A stretch of DNA of 64,000 nucleotides from Taibaiella koreensis (lineage in GTDB: Bacteria; Bacteroidota; Bacteroidia; Chitinophagales; Chitinophagaceae), in contig NZ_QVNU01000001.1 of NCBI RefSeq assembly GCF_003545715.1, forward strand, positions 1,231,962-1,295,961, given 5' to 3'. The notes below the pieces were generated by a model. It did not search any database. It had not been told where the DNA came from and worked only from the letters and a program-made list of their open reading frames with translations. The first letter of the stretch is position 1, and each line of letters begins with the position of its first letter. The position numbers and the translations under genes are program-made. Below are positions 1 through 9,818 of the stretch, piece after piece.

Positions 1-1035
1 GAATTCCCCAAACAGATCATTAAAGGTCTGGGTGAGCAGGGCTGTTTCGGACCCTTTGTGCCGCATAAATATGGTGGTCCGGGTCTCGATTATATTTCCT
101 ACGGTATCATGATGCAGGAGCTCGAACGGGGTGATTCCGGTATCCGTTCTACAGCATCGGTACAGGGCTCGCTGGTGATGTACCCGATCCTTACCTATGG
201 TAGCGAAGAGCAAAAGATGAAATACCTGCCCAAGCTGGCTACCGGCGAGCTGATGGGCTGTTTTGGCCTTACCGAGCCCGATCATGGTTCCAACCCTGCG
301 GGCATGCTGTCCAATTATACCGACGCCGGCGACCACGTGATCCTTAACGGTTCCAAAATGTGGATATCCAACGCACCTTTTGCCGATATCGCAGTGGTAT
401 GGGCCCGTAACCCGGAAGGTAAGATCAAAGGCCTGATCGTAGAACGCGGTATGGAAGGTTTTTCCACTCCGGAAACCCATGGCAAGTGGAGCCTGCGTGC
501 TTCGGCTACCGGCGAGCTGGTCTTCGATAATGTGAAAGTTCCCAAAGAAAATATCCTGCCCAATGTAGAAGGGCTCAAGGGACCGCTGGGCTGTCTCAGT
601 AGCGCCCGCTTTGGTATTGCCTGGGGCGCCCTGGGCTGCGCTATGGATTGCTACGATACGGCATTGCGTTACTCACAGCAACGTATACAGTTTGGTAAGC
701 CCATCGGCGGCTTCCAGCTTACCCAAAAGAAGCTGGCCGAAATGATCACCGAGATCACCAAGGGCCAGTTGCTGGTATGGCGCCTGGGTGTACTGCGCAG
801 CGAAGGCCGTGCAACGCCCGAACAGATCTCCATGGCCAAGCGTAACAGCTGCCAGACGGCAATTACTATAGCCCGCGAAGCCCGCCAGATACTGGGCGGT
901 ATGGGGATTACCGGCGAGTACAGCATCATGCGTCATATGATGAACCTGGAATCGGTGATCACTTACGAAGGTACCCACGATATCCACCTGCTCATTACGG
1001 GTCAGGATGTGACCGGGTTCAATGCGTTCAAATAG
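1..1035 (+). CDS. acyl-CoA dehydrogenase (glutaryl-CoA dehydrogenase-like), 5' end truncated by the window edge
   Basis: The frame is open from base 1. The translation has ACAD middle and C-terminal domain hallmarks (…GCFGLTEPDHGSNP…, …YEGTHDIH…). The ORF track starts it at 58 only because of the first Met. Confidence 0.88.
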   Translation, partial: EFPKQIIKGLGEQGCFGPFVPHKYGGPGLDYISYGIMMQELERGDSGIRSTASVQGSLVMYPILTYGSEEQKMKYLPKLATGELMGCFGLTEPDHGSNPAGMLSNYTDAGDHVILNGSKMWISNAPFADIAVVWARNPEGKIKGLIVERGMEGFSTPETHGKWSLRASATGELVFDNVKVPKENILPNVEGLKGPLGCLSSARFGIAWGALGCAMDCYDTALRYSQQRIQFGKPIGGFQLTQKKLAEMITEITKGQLLVWRLGVLRSEGRATPEQISMAKRNSCQTAITIAREARQILGGMGITGEYSIMRHMMNLESVITYEGTHDIHLLITGQDVTGFNAFK

Positions 1036-1059
1036 TTCATTCAAATATTTCTGTAAACC

Positions 1060-1098
1060 AGAGGCCGTTCAAATCAAATTGAACGGCCTCTAGTTTTT
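1060..1098 (+). terminator. rho-independent terminator
   Basis: Perfect 13 bp stem (agaggccgttcaa / ttgaacggcctct) followed by TTTTT, directly after the ACAD stop codon. Confidence 0.7.
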
Positions 1099-1339
1099 AG
1101 GTCAGTTATCGTAAAAGTGGCTTTATCCTGCCTGGGCGGTAATGACACGGCTTATTGTTGTATTTTTGTATTTTTTTTAACAACATGACAATGGAAGCAT
1201 TATTTATTGATTGTCAATATAAAATATGAATATAGACATCGCTTTTCAGATAATAGTTGTGAAAACTTTTCCACATATATATCTTTTTGGCCTTGGGGGG
1301 TGTTATATTTGGTAAAGGGGGAGTCTAAATGGGTGATGA

Positions 1340-1954
1340 TTGACTTTAAAAAATGGCATCATGTCCAACATTGCTAAAAAGCGGAAAAGAGAACAAGACC
1401 CGGAAAGGAAAGAATACAGGAGATACCTGGATAAGACGCTGGCTTATACACTTTCCACAGATATTCCTGTTTTCAGCAAGAATGATCAGGAGTCGCACTG
1501 GCTTGTCGCCAGGATGGCTGGTCTTACGCGTCGCACAATCGATATCCTGGTAGGTTTTTATCCCCCGGATATACTATCCCGATTTCACGAAGAAAATTTA
1601 TTGCATTATTGTATCAACCACCGCATTCGCCTCAGGATACTGTGTGCCTACGATTCTGACCATGGCGCAAAGGAAAATGCTTTGTTCCGCCATGCTTGTC
1701 TTCACGACCATGCTGCTAATTGTGACATCCGGGAACTGGAGCCCGATGGCCTGGAAGCGTTACGCAGGGAACGGAAAGTGTGTGCAGATGGCGAAATTAT
1801 CAGCTTCTTTCTCTTCGACGACGACAAATACCTGATACAGCTCAGCCCCAGGGCGTCCGTCATGTCGGGCAGTTTTAACCACCCCGGCAAAAACCAAGAG
1901 TTGCGCAATATTTTTAATGCACATTTTTCGCATAATTTATATTTTGTGCATTAA
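1340..1954 (+). CDS. hypothetical protein with a Lys/Arg-rich N-terminus and a Cys/His-rich middle segment
   Basis: 204 aa ORF with coding-like composition and no antisense competitor of similar size. An alternative start at 1361 (MSNIAKK…) is possible. I recognise no family. Confidence 0.5.
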   Translation: MTLKNGIMSNIAKKRKREQDPERKEYRRYLDKTLAYTLSTDIPVFSKNDQESHWLVARMAGLTRRTIDILVGFYPPDILSRFHEENLLHYCINHRIRLRILCAYDSDHGAKENALFRHACLHDHAANCDIRELEPDGLEALRRERKVCADGEIISFFLFDDDKYLIQLSPRASVMSGSFNHPGKNQELRNIFNAHFSHNLYFVH

Positions 1955-1989
1955 ATATTCCTTATCTTTATATCCATAAGCTTTTCTTT

Positions 1990-2883
1990 ATGGATATAAA
2001 GCTATGCAATTTTACTTCTGAATACGAGATACTGGCCGGCATTTCCTCTGCATTCATCATATTGAATTTTGCCAACAGGTACATAATAAAGTACCTGACG
2101 CCGAAACTAAAGGAAAAAACGCGGCAGATTATTGCGCTGATCGAGCGTGCTAAAAACACGTCGGACTACATACGGCCGGCTCTCGCCACCTTACGGGCGA
2201 GCGGAGATGGCCGGGCAGCCGCTTTTGAAGCCTTGCTGAAAGAGACAGAACGTTGCCAGAAGGCGCTTATGCTGTATCGGACGCACATGTCCGTCAGGAA
2301 CGAGATCAAAGTGATCGTAACCAAGATGGAGGCCTTGCTATGGGCCAATTTTTTCTATTGCTTTTCTATTCTGGTCATTGCAGGTCTGGAGGCCTCGGGA
2401 TGTTTTTCTCATCCGCTTATTCCCTTTGATTTGGTTGGTAATATGACGGCTGCCTTCCTGGTCCTGGACCTGGGTTGGCTTATCATCTGGCAAGGCCCCT
2501 GGAAGGTAACAGAGTGGTATACAGGTGTACTGGTTATTGTATTGGCCATCGTAATAGCCGTGGCGTATACTTTCGCCTGTCATGCGCCGGCAACGATGGT
2601 AATGGCTTATCCCGGTTTGTTTATCGGCTGCATCATTTTGGTGGCTATCGTTTTAGGATCGGCTGATGGTTATTTGGCTATGCTTTCATTGCCCGGAGTA
2701 ACAGCCTTTCCCTTGCCGGTTTTGCTGCTTTCGCTGCTGGTATGCTTTTTGCCATTTGTGGTGGCCGGATGCAGGGTACCTTACTTTTTCCAGCGCTTGC
2801 TGCCCCGTAAAGAACGCGAGGTGCAGGCGATGGATGATCTGTTGCGACAGATCCGGGATTTTGCGGAGCCTGGTGGTTTGTAG
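1990..2883 (+). CDS. hypothetical integral membrane protein (soluble N-terminal ~110 aa, then ~6 predicted TM helices)
   Basis: 297 aa ORF with long hydrophobic stretches after residue ~115. It follows the preceding hypothetical gene on the same strand with a 36 bp gap. Confidence 0.55.
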   Translation: MDIKLCNFTSEYEILAGISSAFIILNFANRYIIKYLTPKLKEKTRQIIALIERAKNTSDYIRPALATLRASGDGRAAAFEALLKETERCQKALMLYRTHMSVRNEIKVIVTKMEALLWANFFYCFSILVIAGLEASGCFSHPLIPFDLVGNMTAAFLVLDLGWLIIWQGPWKVTEWYTGVLVIVLAIVIAVAYTFACHAPATMVMAYPGLFIGCIILVAIVLGSADGYLAMLSLPGVTAFPLPVLLLSLLVCFLPFVVAGCRVPYFFQRLLPRKEREVQAMDDLLRQIRDFAEPGGL

Positions 2884-2907
2884 CCCTGAAATAAACCCGT
2901 AACCCGA

Positions 2908-4338
2908 TTATTTTCCCCTTCCCTGGAACAATACCTTAATGGTATACAGCATGATTTTGACGTCGAGAGCCAACGAGCAATTTTCGATGTACAACAGGTC
3001 GTATTTCATACGTTCGACCATTTGGGCTACATTTTCGGCATAGCCATATTGCACCATACCCCAGGAAGTGAGGCCAGGCTTTACCCGGTGCAAATATTTG
3101 TAATGGGGGTGAGTAGCTATAATTTTGTCGATGAAGAACTTACGTTCGGGTCGTGGGCCTACCAGCGACATATGTCCCTGCAATATATTGACAAATTGCG
3201 GCAACTCGTCGATACGCCATTTACGCATCACCTTGCCCCAGGGGGTAATGCGCCTGTCCTCGTCGCTGCTGAGCGCCGGGCCTTCCGCCTCTGCATTGGT
3301 ATACATCGACCGGAATTTATAAATGTAGAATGGCCTTCCAAACAAACCGATGCGCTGTTGTTTGTAGATAATGGCCCCCGGCGACGACAGCCGTACCCTG
3401 ATTGCTGTAAACAGGTATAGCGGTGAAAGGATAGTGAGCGCCAGAAGGGAGAAAAGGATGTCGAACACACGTTTACATACCTTTTGCCAGTCGGGAAGCA
3501 GCTCGGGGTGGATGCTGATGAGCACCGGGGCATATACATTGTCGATCCTTACCGAGCCGGAAATAATGTCGTAGAGATCGGGTAGCACCTTGATAATGGT
3601 GGGGGTATAGCTAAGCTGGGTGAGAATGTGCTCCAGCTTCTTATGCTCGTGCGACTCCACGGCAATCACCACTTCCTCGATCCGGTGCCTGGCGATGATC
3701 TGCTCCAGCTGATCGATCGATCCCAGCTCGGGTACGTTGCCGATATTGAGCGGCGCCACGTTGTGGTCGGCGCTTACAAAACCGATGACTTCGTTGCCCA
3801 GCACATGGGGGTTATTCTTAATCTCGTTATATACCTTGGTCGCTTTGCCATTACCGCCTACGATAAGTGTGTGATAGCTGACTTTACCCTTAAGCAGGTC
3901 TCTTTTGACCTTGTAGAGCCATAGCAGGCGTGTGATGAGCAGGAAAAAAGTATGGGTGAGGAAATACCAGAGTGTGATCTCAAAAAAATACTTAAAGCTG
4001 TCGGTATCGTTGGAAAAGGAGACCATGCCCACGAGGAGCGAGCCTATCATGGCGATGATGAGGCTGCGGTAAATTTCGACAAGACGCGATTTGCGGTAGA
4101 GGTCAAAGTAAGCGCCGGAAAGAAAATGCAGGATGGTCCAGAATAAAGGGATAATGAGAAAGGAAATAACATAATCTCTCGGTCCCCAGTTGCGCTCGTA
4201 GGGATAAATGGAAGGAAACGCATTGTGCAGCAAATGCTGCCGGTATAGCCAAAAGACGAGCCAGGCAGCAATTGCTGTGAGGTAATCCAAAATTATCAGA
4301 ATGACAATCGCACTTTTCTTGGCCGCAGACAAATTCAT
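2908..4338 (-). CDS. undecaprenyl-phosphate sugar phosphotransferase (bacterial sugar transferase / WbaP-EPS priming glycosyltransferase family)
   Basis: N-terminal TM helices, a central Rossmann-like region, and a C-terminal bacterial sugar transferase domain (…DELPQFVNILQGHMSLVGPRPE…). Confidence 0.88.
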   Translation of the reverse strand: MNLSAAKKSAIVILIILDYLTAIAAWLVFWLYRQHLLHNAFPSIYPYERNWGPRDYVISFLIIPLFWTILHFLSGAYFDLYRKSRLVEIYRSLIIAMIGSLLVGMVSFSNDTDSFKYFFEITLWYFLTHTFFLLITRLLWLYKVKRDLLKGKVSYHTLIVGGNGKATKVYNEIKNNPHVLGNEVIGFVSADHNVAPLNIGNVPELGSIDQLEQIIARHRIEEVVIAVESHEHKKLEHILTQLSYTPTIIKVLPDLYDIISGSVRIDNVYAPVLISIHPELLPDWQKVCKRVFDILFSLLALTILSPLYLFTAIRVRLSSPGAIIYKQQRIGLFGRPFYIYKFRSMYTNAEAEGPALSSDEDRRITPWGKVMRKWRIDELPQFVNILQGHMSLVGPRPERKFFIDKIIATHPHYKYLHRVKPGLTSWGMVQYGYAENVAQMVERMKYDLLYIENCSLALDVKIMLYTIKVLFQGRGK

Positions 4339-4397
4339 TCCCGTGCTACTCCTGTTTACTATTCGTTAATGGACAATTCTATTTGCATATATCCGGT

Positions 4398-5402
4398 TTA
4401 CTCACGCATTGTTTTTTCGTTGGCCTCCGGGTTCATTTGTATGATCATTTTTTGTAAGATCTGGTGGGCGACATCCATAGCATGTAGCCCGTCGTAAACC
4501 GAAACGTTTACCGGCTTATCCTGCAGCACCGAGAGAGCAAAATCGGCCAGCTCTTCCCTTATCGAATTAACCGGCTTCACATTGGGCGTATCGATCGAAA
4601 TGATCTTTTGCCTGCCTTCTCCCAACTCGATCGGGAAATCGAAAAAGCCGCGCTCTTCCTCTTCTCCCTTCATTCGGATGATCTCGGTTTTTTTCTCCAG
4701 GAAATCAATCCCGATATAGGCATCCCGCTGAAAAAGCCTCATTTTTCTCATTTTTTTCAACGAGATCCTGCTGGCGGTCAGGTTGGCTACACAACCATTG
4801 TCAAATTCGATCCTGGCGTTGGCGATATCAGCTGTGTCGCTGATCACCGCTACGCCGCTGGCCGATATGCGCCTTACCGGAGATTTGACCAGGTGCAGAA
4901 TAATGTCTATATCGTGGATCATCAGATCCAGGATGACCGCTACATCTGTTCCCCGCGGATTAAACTGGGCCAGGCGATGGGTTTCGATGAACATGGGCTC
5001 CAGCTTCCGGTTCCTGAGGGCCAGCATAGCCGGGTTGTACCGCTCCACATGACCGATCTGGCATTTTACATTGGCTTCCGATACCAGCTTGACCAATTCC
5101 CTGGCTTCGGCCATGGTATGCGTCATCGGCTTCTCTATAAATAAATGACGAGATTGCAGCAGGCAAGCTTTGGCTATTTCGAAATGAGAAGTGGTATTGG
5201 TGACAATGTCAAGCGCATCGGCGGCAGCAATAAGGGCTTCGGGGTCGGCATAGCGCTTTACCTGGTACTGTGTAATGGCGCCCGCAGCGTGGTCATCATT
5301 GGGATCGTAAAAACCAACCAGCGTAACTCCCGGTATTTCCAGCCATTGCTGTATGTGTATTTTTCCGAGATGCCCTGCACCAAAAACGCCGACTTTAAGC
5401 AT
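4398..5402 (-). CDS. Gfo/Idh/MocA family NAD(P)-dependent oxidoreductase (sugar-nucleotide dehydrogenase-like)
   Basis: N-terminal MLKVGVFGAGHLGKIH Rossmann motif and a typical GFO_IDH_MocA C-terminal region. It is adjacent to the sugar transferase. Confidence 0.88.
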   Translation of the reverse strand: MLKVGVFGAGHLGKIHIQQWLEIPGVTLVGFYDPNDDHAAGAITQYQVKRYADPEALIAAADALDIVTNTTSHFEIAKACLLQSRHLFIEKPMTHTMAEARELVKLVSEANVKCQIGHVERYNPAMLALRNRKLEPMFIETHRLAQFNPRGTDVAVILDLMIHDIDIILHLVKSPVRRISASGVAVISDTADIANARIEFDNGCVANLTASRISLKKMRKMRLFQRDAYIGIDFLEKKTEIIRMKGEEEERGFFDFPIELGEGRQKIISIDTPNVKPVNSIREELADFALSVLQDKPVNVSVYDGLHAMDVAHQILQKMIIQMNPEANEKTMRE

Positions 5403-5515
5403 GTGTTTAATTCTCCGAATGTTATTTTTATATTAGGCTTGCAAAATAAGATAATTAGCGCAAAGCTCGCTAAGTTTGCATGCCTATATTTTCTACAAAG
5501 GCCAATTTTAGCAAG

Positions 5516-5989
5516 ATGAATCAGGATGCATTTTTCATGGAACAGGCGGTGCTGCTCAGCCAGCGTCATATGGAAGAAGGGCAGGGCGGTCCTTTTGGTT
5601 GTATTGTTGTAAAGGATGGGGTGATTGTGGGACGCGGCTGGAACAGTGTGCTGGCCGGCAATGATCCTACGGCGCATGCAGAAGTAATGGCCATCAGGGA
5701 TGCCTGTCGTCATCTGGGTACTTATCAACTCGACGGATGTGCGATCTATACCTCCTGTGAGCCCTGCCCGATGTGTATGGGCGCCATCTATTGGTCCCGC
5801 CCCGAGAAAGTGTTTTATGCCAATACCCGGGAAGATGCCGCAGAGACGGGATTCGACGATTCTTTTATCTACGATGAGCTGGTGCGGCCGCTGGAACAGC
5901 GCAAGATCCCAATGATCGCTATGGACAAGACCGAGGCGCTGAAGGTATTCCGGCTATGGCAGGAAAAAGAAAACCGGGAACAATATTAG
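5516..5989 (+). CDS. nucleoside deaminase (CMP/dCMP-type zinc deaminase; guanine/tRNA-adenosine deaminase-like)
   Basis: HAE…PCPMC zinc-binding signature. The ORF track begins at 5480, but the start at 5516 (MNQDAFFMEQA) matches the family length better. Confidence 0.8.
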   Translation: MNQDAFFMEQAVLLSQRHMEEGQGGPFGCIVVKDGVIVGRGWNSVLAGNDPTAHAEVMAIRDACRHLGTYQLDGCAIYTSCEPCPMCMGAIYWSRPEKVFYANTREDAAETGFDDSFIYDELVRPLEQRKIPMIAMDKTEALKVFRLWQEKENREQY

Positions 5990-6084
5990 ACCGCTGCAGC
6001 GGCTAAGATTGTTCGGGCTATGCCAGGATAGATTAATGAAGCCCTCAGCAGGAATACTTTTTATCCTGCTGAGGGCCTGGAAAT

Positions 6085-6495
6085 TTACCACACATATTGC
6101 TTTTTATTCATCAGCATGGCCTCGGCAGCTATGGTCTGGTCGCCGCTGGCAACATCATAAACGGCGCACTCATAAAGTACCCGGTTCTTCTCCGGAAAGA
6201 TCTCCTTTACCCGTATTACGGCTTCATATTCCTGGTCGGTGAACATGGGCTTTAGCCATTTGATACTTTGGCTCAGGTAAACATGCCCATCGGCGTACCA
6301 GAGGGAACCGAATATTTTCGTAAATACGCTGGCGCCCAGGAAGCCGTGAATAATATTGCGGCCAAACATGCTTTCTTTACCAGCCTGGGGGTCAATGTGC
6401 AGGGGATTGGTGTCGCCACTGATGCGGGCATAGTCGTTTACGTCCTGCTGTGTATAGCTGAACTTGTGGCGGAATTCATCTCCGATGTTTAACAT
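6085..6495 (-). CDS. MaoC-like (R)-specific enoyl-CoA hydratase / hotdog-fold dehydratase
   Basis: 136 aa with the hotdog-fold motif (…YARISGDTNPLHIDPQAG…NIIHGF…). Confidence 0.82.
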   Translation of the reverse strand: MLNIGDEFRHKFSYTQQDVNDYARISGDTNPLHIDPQAGKESMFGRNIIHGFLGASVFTKIFGSLWYADGHVYLSQSIKWLKPMFTDQEYEAVIRVKEIFPEKNRVLYECAVYDVASGDQTIAAEAMLMNKKQYVW

Positions 6496-6573
6496 AGGCG
6501 TATTTTACAGGTAAATGATTTAGTACCCCACTAAGTTCAAGATTCAGATCCAGAATTCAAAATCCAAAATTTG

Positions 6574-6678
6574 GGTATTAGGTATTAGGTATTAGGTATT
6601 AGGTATTGGGTATTGGGTATTGGGTATTGGGTATTGGGTATTGGGTATTGGGTATTGGGTATTGGGTATTGGGTATTC
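6574..6678. repeat. heptanucleotide tandem repeat, (GGTATTA)4(GGTATTG)10-11, inside a ~190 bp low-complexity tract (6530..6722)
   Basis: Read directly from the sequence. It is flanked by degenerate TTCAA/ATCCA and (N)TCTAA repeats. Confidence 0.95.
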
Positions 6679-6723
6679 ACCTCTAACCTCTAATGTCTAA
6701 CGTCTAAAATCTAACTTCTAATA

Positions 6724-6766
6724 AAGACAAACGCGACCGGAATACCTCCGGTCGCGTTTGTCTTTG
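6724..6766 (-). terminator. rho-independent terminator (bidirectional-capable hairpin)
   Basis: Perfect 18 bp stem (aaagacaaacgcgaccgg / ccggtcgcgtttgtcttt) immediately 3' of the minus-strand gene ending at 6777. Confidence 0.65.
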
Positions 6767-6776
6767 AATAGTCACC

Positions 6777-7934
6777 TTACCAGCGATAGTCGCCGCTGAT
6801 AGAAGGGATGGCGGCTCCACCCAAACTGTCGATAATGGGGGAGGTAGCCATTTGGCCGTTAACGTTGAAAACAAATTTCTGAGAGCCGTCCATGGCATCG
6901 AGACGATAAAGATTCTTATCGAAGCTGCCGAAATAGACATCGCCTCTATAAATGGTGGGTGAAGATTTGATCAGTCCGAAAGTCTTCATCTGCCATTTAA
7001 CCTTTCCGTCAATAATGTCGACGCAATACATATTGCCGTCGAAGCTGCCGAAGTATACATATTGATTGAATACGGAAGGTGAAGATTGTACGCCGTCGCC
7101 GGTGAGCACTTTCCAGCGTACCAGGCCGGTAGCCGAATCGACGGAATACATGTAGCGGTCGTTGCTGCCAACCAGCACATTACCGCCAATCTGGATGGGG
7201 GAACTGCGCACCTGGCCGCCGGTAGGGAATTTCCATTTGTCGCTGCCATCCTGGATCTTGAAGGAATAAACATTGCCATTGTCGTTACCGACATAGAGGA
7301 AGCTGTCGTTCACTACACAAGGCGATGAATAGAAAGCGCCCGCCTCATCCGGTGTACGTTCCCATATCATGGATAGGTTAGGCCTCAGCGCAGCGATCTT
7401 ATTGTTCATGCCGGCTACAAAAATGGCCTTGGACTCCTGGCCGGGAATATTGTGCGTGGTGGGAGAAGCAATGATCTGGCCGCCGATATCATAAGGCGTG
7501 ATGGTGGGAATATCGCCGAGAGAGCCGGGGTCCAGCGCATAAAGCTTGCTGCCTGCCGCTACAAACAATACGCCGTCGCGTACGATGGGAGTGCCGGCAA
7601 TAGGTTCGCCGAAATTGCGGTTGCTCTGGACCTTGCCATACTGGGCATCAACACGGTACAGGTTGCCCGATAAAGTGGCGATATAGACATTCTTATTGTA
7701 TAAAAGCGGGGTAGCCTGCACTTCACCTTCAACCGGGAATTTCCATTTCCACTTGTCATTCGGGCTAATGGGATCAATAGCGTAAACGATCTGGTTGTTG
7801 CTGGCAACAAACAGCGTCTGGGTATAAACATCCGGGAATGGTTCATCGGGGCTGTAATCTTTGCAGGAGCTAAGGCCTGCTATCGTAAAAACTGCCGATG
7901 CGGCCAATGCCCAATAACGTCTACGTAGGTTCAT
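6777..7934 (-). CDS. PQQ-like beta-propeller repeat lipoprotein (BamB-like outer membrane protein assembly factor family)
   Basis: Lipoprotein signal (…LSSC), repeated VYxGSxDGxLYAxD-type propeller blades and a Gly/Asp-rich periodicity. Confidence 0.8.
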   Translation of the reverse strand: MNLRRRYWALAASAVFTIAGLSSCKDYSPDEPFPDVYTQTLFVASNNQIVYAIDPISPNDKWKWKFPVEGEVQATPLLYNKNVYIATLSGNLYRVDAQYGKVQSNRNFGEPIAGTPIVRDGVLFVAAGSKLYALDPGSLGDIPTITPYDIGGQIIASPTTHNIPGQESKAIFVAGMNNKIAALRPNLSMIWERTPDEAGAFYSSPCVVNDSFLYVGNDNGNVYSFKIQDGSDKWKFPTGGQVRSSPIQIGGNVLVGSNDRYMYSVDSATGLVRWKVLTGDGVQSSPSVFNQYVYFGSFDGNMYCVDIIDGKVKWQMKTFGLIKSSPTIYRGDVYFGSFDKNLYRLDAMDGSQKFVFNVNGQMATSPIIDSLGGAAIPSISGDYRW

Positions 7935-8046
7935 CCTGTGGTATTATATTATATATTAGTTTGGCAAAAGAATGTCACAATAATAAGCATTCTATTCCTA
8001 TTATGCAAAGACGGCGGGATTATTTTTTGTGTTGGGCCGAAGCCTG

Positions 8047-8092
8047 AATAATAATGATACAGCCGGCTGATGCCGGCTGTATCATTATTATT
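8047..8092 (-). terminator. long hairpin overlapping the stop codon of the T9SS cargo gene
   Basis: 21 bp perfect inverted repeat (aataataatgatacagccggc / gccggctgtatcattattatt) with T7 on the plus strand. The stem itself is U/A-rich. Confidence 0.5.
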
Positions 8093-9641
8093 TTTTTACA
8101 AATTTCAAGCATTGCATTTTTTGTCCCTCCTTAAGCGTTAGGTTATAAATGCCATCAGGCAAGAAGGCGATATTCAGCTGGGACGATGACCTGCTGACAG
8201 GGCCGGAACTTAAAATTTGCCCGGCGATATTGGTAATGGTATACCCGCCATCACCGATACCCGTTACATGAAGTACGTCGTGCGCCGGATTAGGATAGAG
8301 CGTGCAACCCGTTAAGCGCCGGGCTCCTTCAATTTCCGTGGGCTTATAGCCGGTAATGTCGGGCGTCTCTTTGTACCAGAGATTGCCTACGTTGTCGAAC
8401 CATGCGGTGAGGAGGGCATTGCCGCGATTACTGCTGCTGCTCATAGCAAAAGGTACTTTCCCGGGAAGAAAGGGCGTGATCGGGTTGCTGTTGACCTGGT
8501 AAAAGGTCGAGGGTACGGTAATGGCGCCGGTGGCAAAATCGACCGGCTGCGTTACAAATATATTGTTGTTAACCAGATTCCAGCCAATGGAATAATTTTT
8601 ATTGTTGAAGCCTGTGCCGATATTCCCTACACCCGCAGCGATCGCCGTTAAAAAGTTCTCCGATGAGCTGAAAGGAGCGGAGCAATTATAGCTGCCGGAA
8701 TTGTTGAACATCCAGGTTTGTTTTACCGTACCATTTATTTTTGCGGCGACAACAGTCCAGGGAATATTGGGATTGAAAGGGGAGTAATCTACTGCCATGG
8801 CTTCAATGCGGGGGAAATGAAACGTGCCTGTGGCTAAAGAAAAGCCGCTTACTGTTCCTGAAGCGCAATTCAGGGAGGCAAAGTCAAGCGTATTGTTGCC
8901 GAGATTGCCGATAACGAGATAGGCCATGTCTACACCGGCAGCAATGCTGTAGGAGGCAGCTACGTCGGATAAAGTATTGTTGGTTCCCGAGCTTATCAGA
9001 TAAGGGCCGGATAAGCCTGCCGGATTAGCGATTTCGCCATAGGCGGCATAAACAACACTGCCTAAACCTCCTGCCTGGCTCCAGGATACAACGCAGCGAT
9101 GCATGATAGGAATACCCTGTGCGATATCGGCAAACATATCTATGTGCGGCGACTGGTCCAATGTCGGCGTGGTGGATAGCTGCACCGAAGCTGCAGGTGT
9201 ATAGGTCATGGCGCTACCGACACCATCTACATAATAAGTGTTGAGATACACACTGGTGTTCCGCAAAAAAACAACAGCAATGATACAATCGTGCGTCAGG
9301 GTAATATCATCGGCAATAACAATGTCGGCAAATGAAGCATTGGTGATCGCGGGTATATTGATTGCATTGCCGGCAAAGTCGATAGCGCTTATCCTCGCAC
9401 CCGTAGGGCTGTTCCAGGCAAAGGCTTTGATATTTCCTGATGGCGCCGGGAATTTATCGATGAACAACATGTCGCAGTTAACGCTGGGCAGATTAATGTT
9501 GGCCGTAGCGCTCAGGAACTGGTCGGGATTGGAAGGTGTGACGATCGTGGTCTGTGCCTGTAGCAGTCGGGGCGTTAGGGCAAGGATGGTTGCGCTGCAC
9601 AAGAGCAGCTTCCGGAAAAAGTTCTGGTATTGATTCAGCAT
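8088..9641 (-). CDS. secreted protein with a T9SS type-A C-terminal sorting domain (Por secretion system CTD)
   Basis: N-terminal signal peptide and a C-terminal …LYPNPAHDVLHVTG…YNLTLKEGQKMQCLKFVKK matching the TIGR04183-style CTD. Confidence 0.82.
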   Translation of the reverse strand: MLNQYQNFFRKLLLCSATILALTPRLLQAQTTIVTPSNPDQFLSATANINLPSVNCDMLFIDKFPAPSGNIKAFAWNSPTGARISAIDFAGNAINIPAITNASFADIVIADDITLTHDCIIAVVFLRNTSVYLNTYYVDGVGSAMTYTPAASVQLSTTPTLDQSPHIDMFADIAQGIPIMHRCVVSWSQAGGLGSVVYAAYGEIANPAGLSGPYLISSGTNNTLSDVAASYSIAAGVDMAYLVIGNLGNNTLDFASLNCASGTVSGFSLATGTFHFPRIEAMAVDYSPFNPNIPWTVVAAKINGTVKQTWMFNNSGSYNCSAPFSSSENFLTAIAAGVGNIGTGFNNKNYSIGWNLVNNNIFVTQPVDFATGAITVPSTFYQVNSNPITPFLPGKVPFAMSSSSNRGNALLTAWFDNVGNLWYKETPDITGYKPTEIEGARRLTGCTLYPNPAHDVLHVTGIGDGGYTITNIAGQILSSGPVSRSSSQLNIAFLPDGIYNLTLKEGQKMQCLKFVKK

Positions 9642-9818
9642 GATAATTGGTTTTATTTAAAGCGAATTTATTTAAATAATAATTCTTAAAAAAAATATAT
9701 TTTCAGAACAAAAATAAAGTAGCAAAAAGGGGGGTAGATACTTCCCTTCGTTTGCTACCCAATGTTTTTATCCCGGCTCTCAATACCGCCTTAAGGTGAG
9801 GTTGCCGTCAATTAAGAA

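Noticed and set aside
1287-1311. Candidate Bacteroidetes-type promoter (TTG … TATATTTG) upstream of the 1340 ORF
   Set aside because: The -7-like TAnnTTTG is present at 1304..1311, but the nearest TTG gives only ~14 bp spacing, shorter than the usual 17-23 bp. Not confident enough to annotate.
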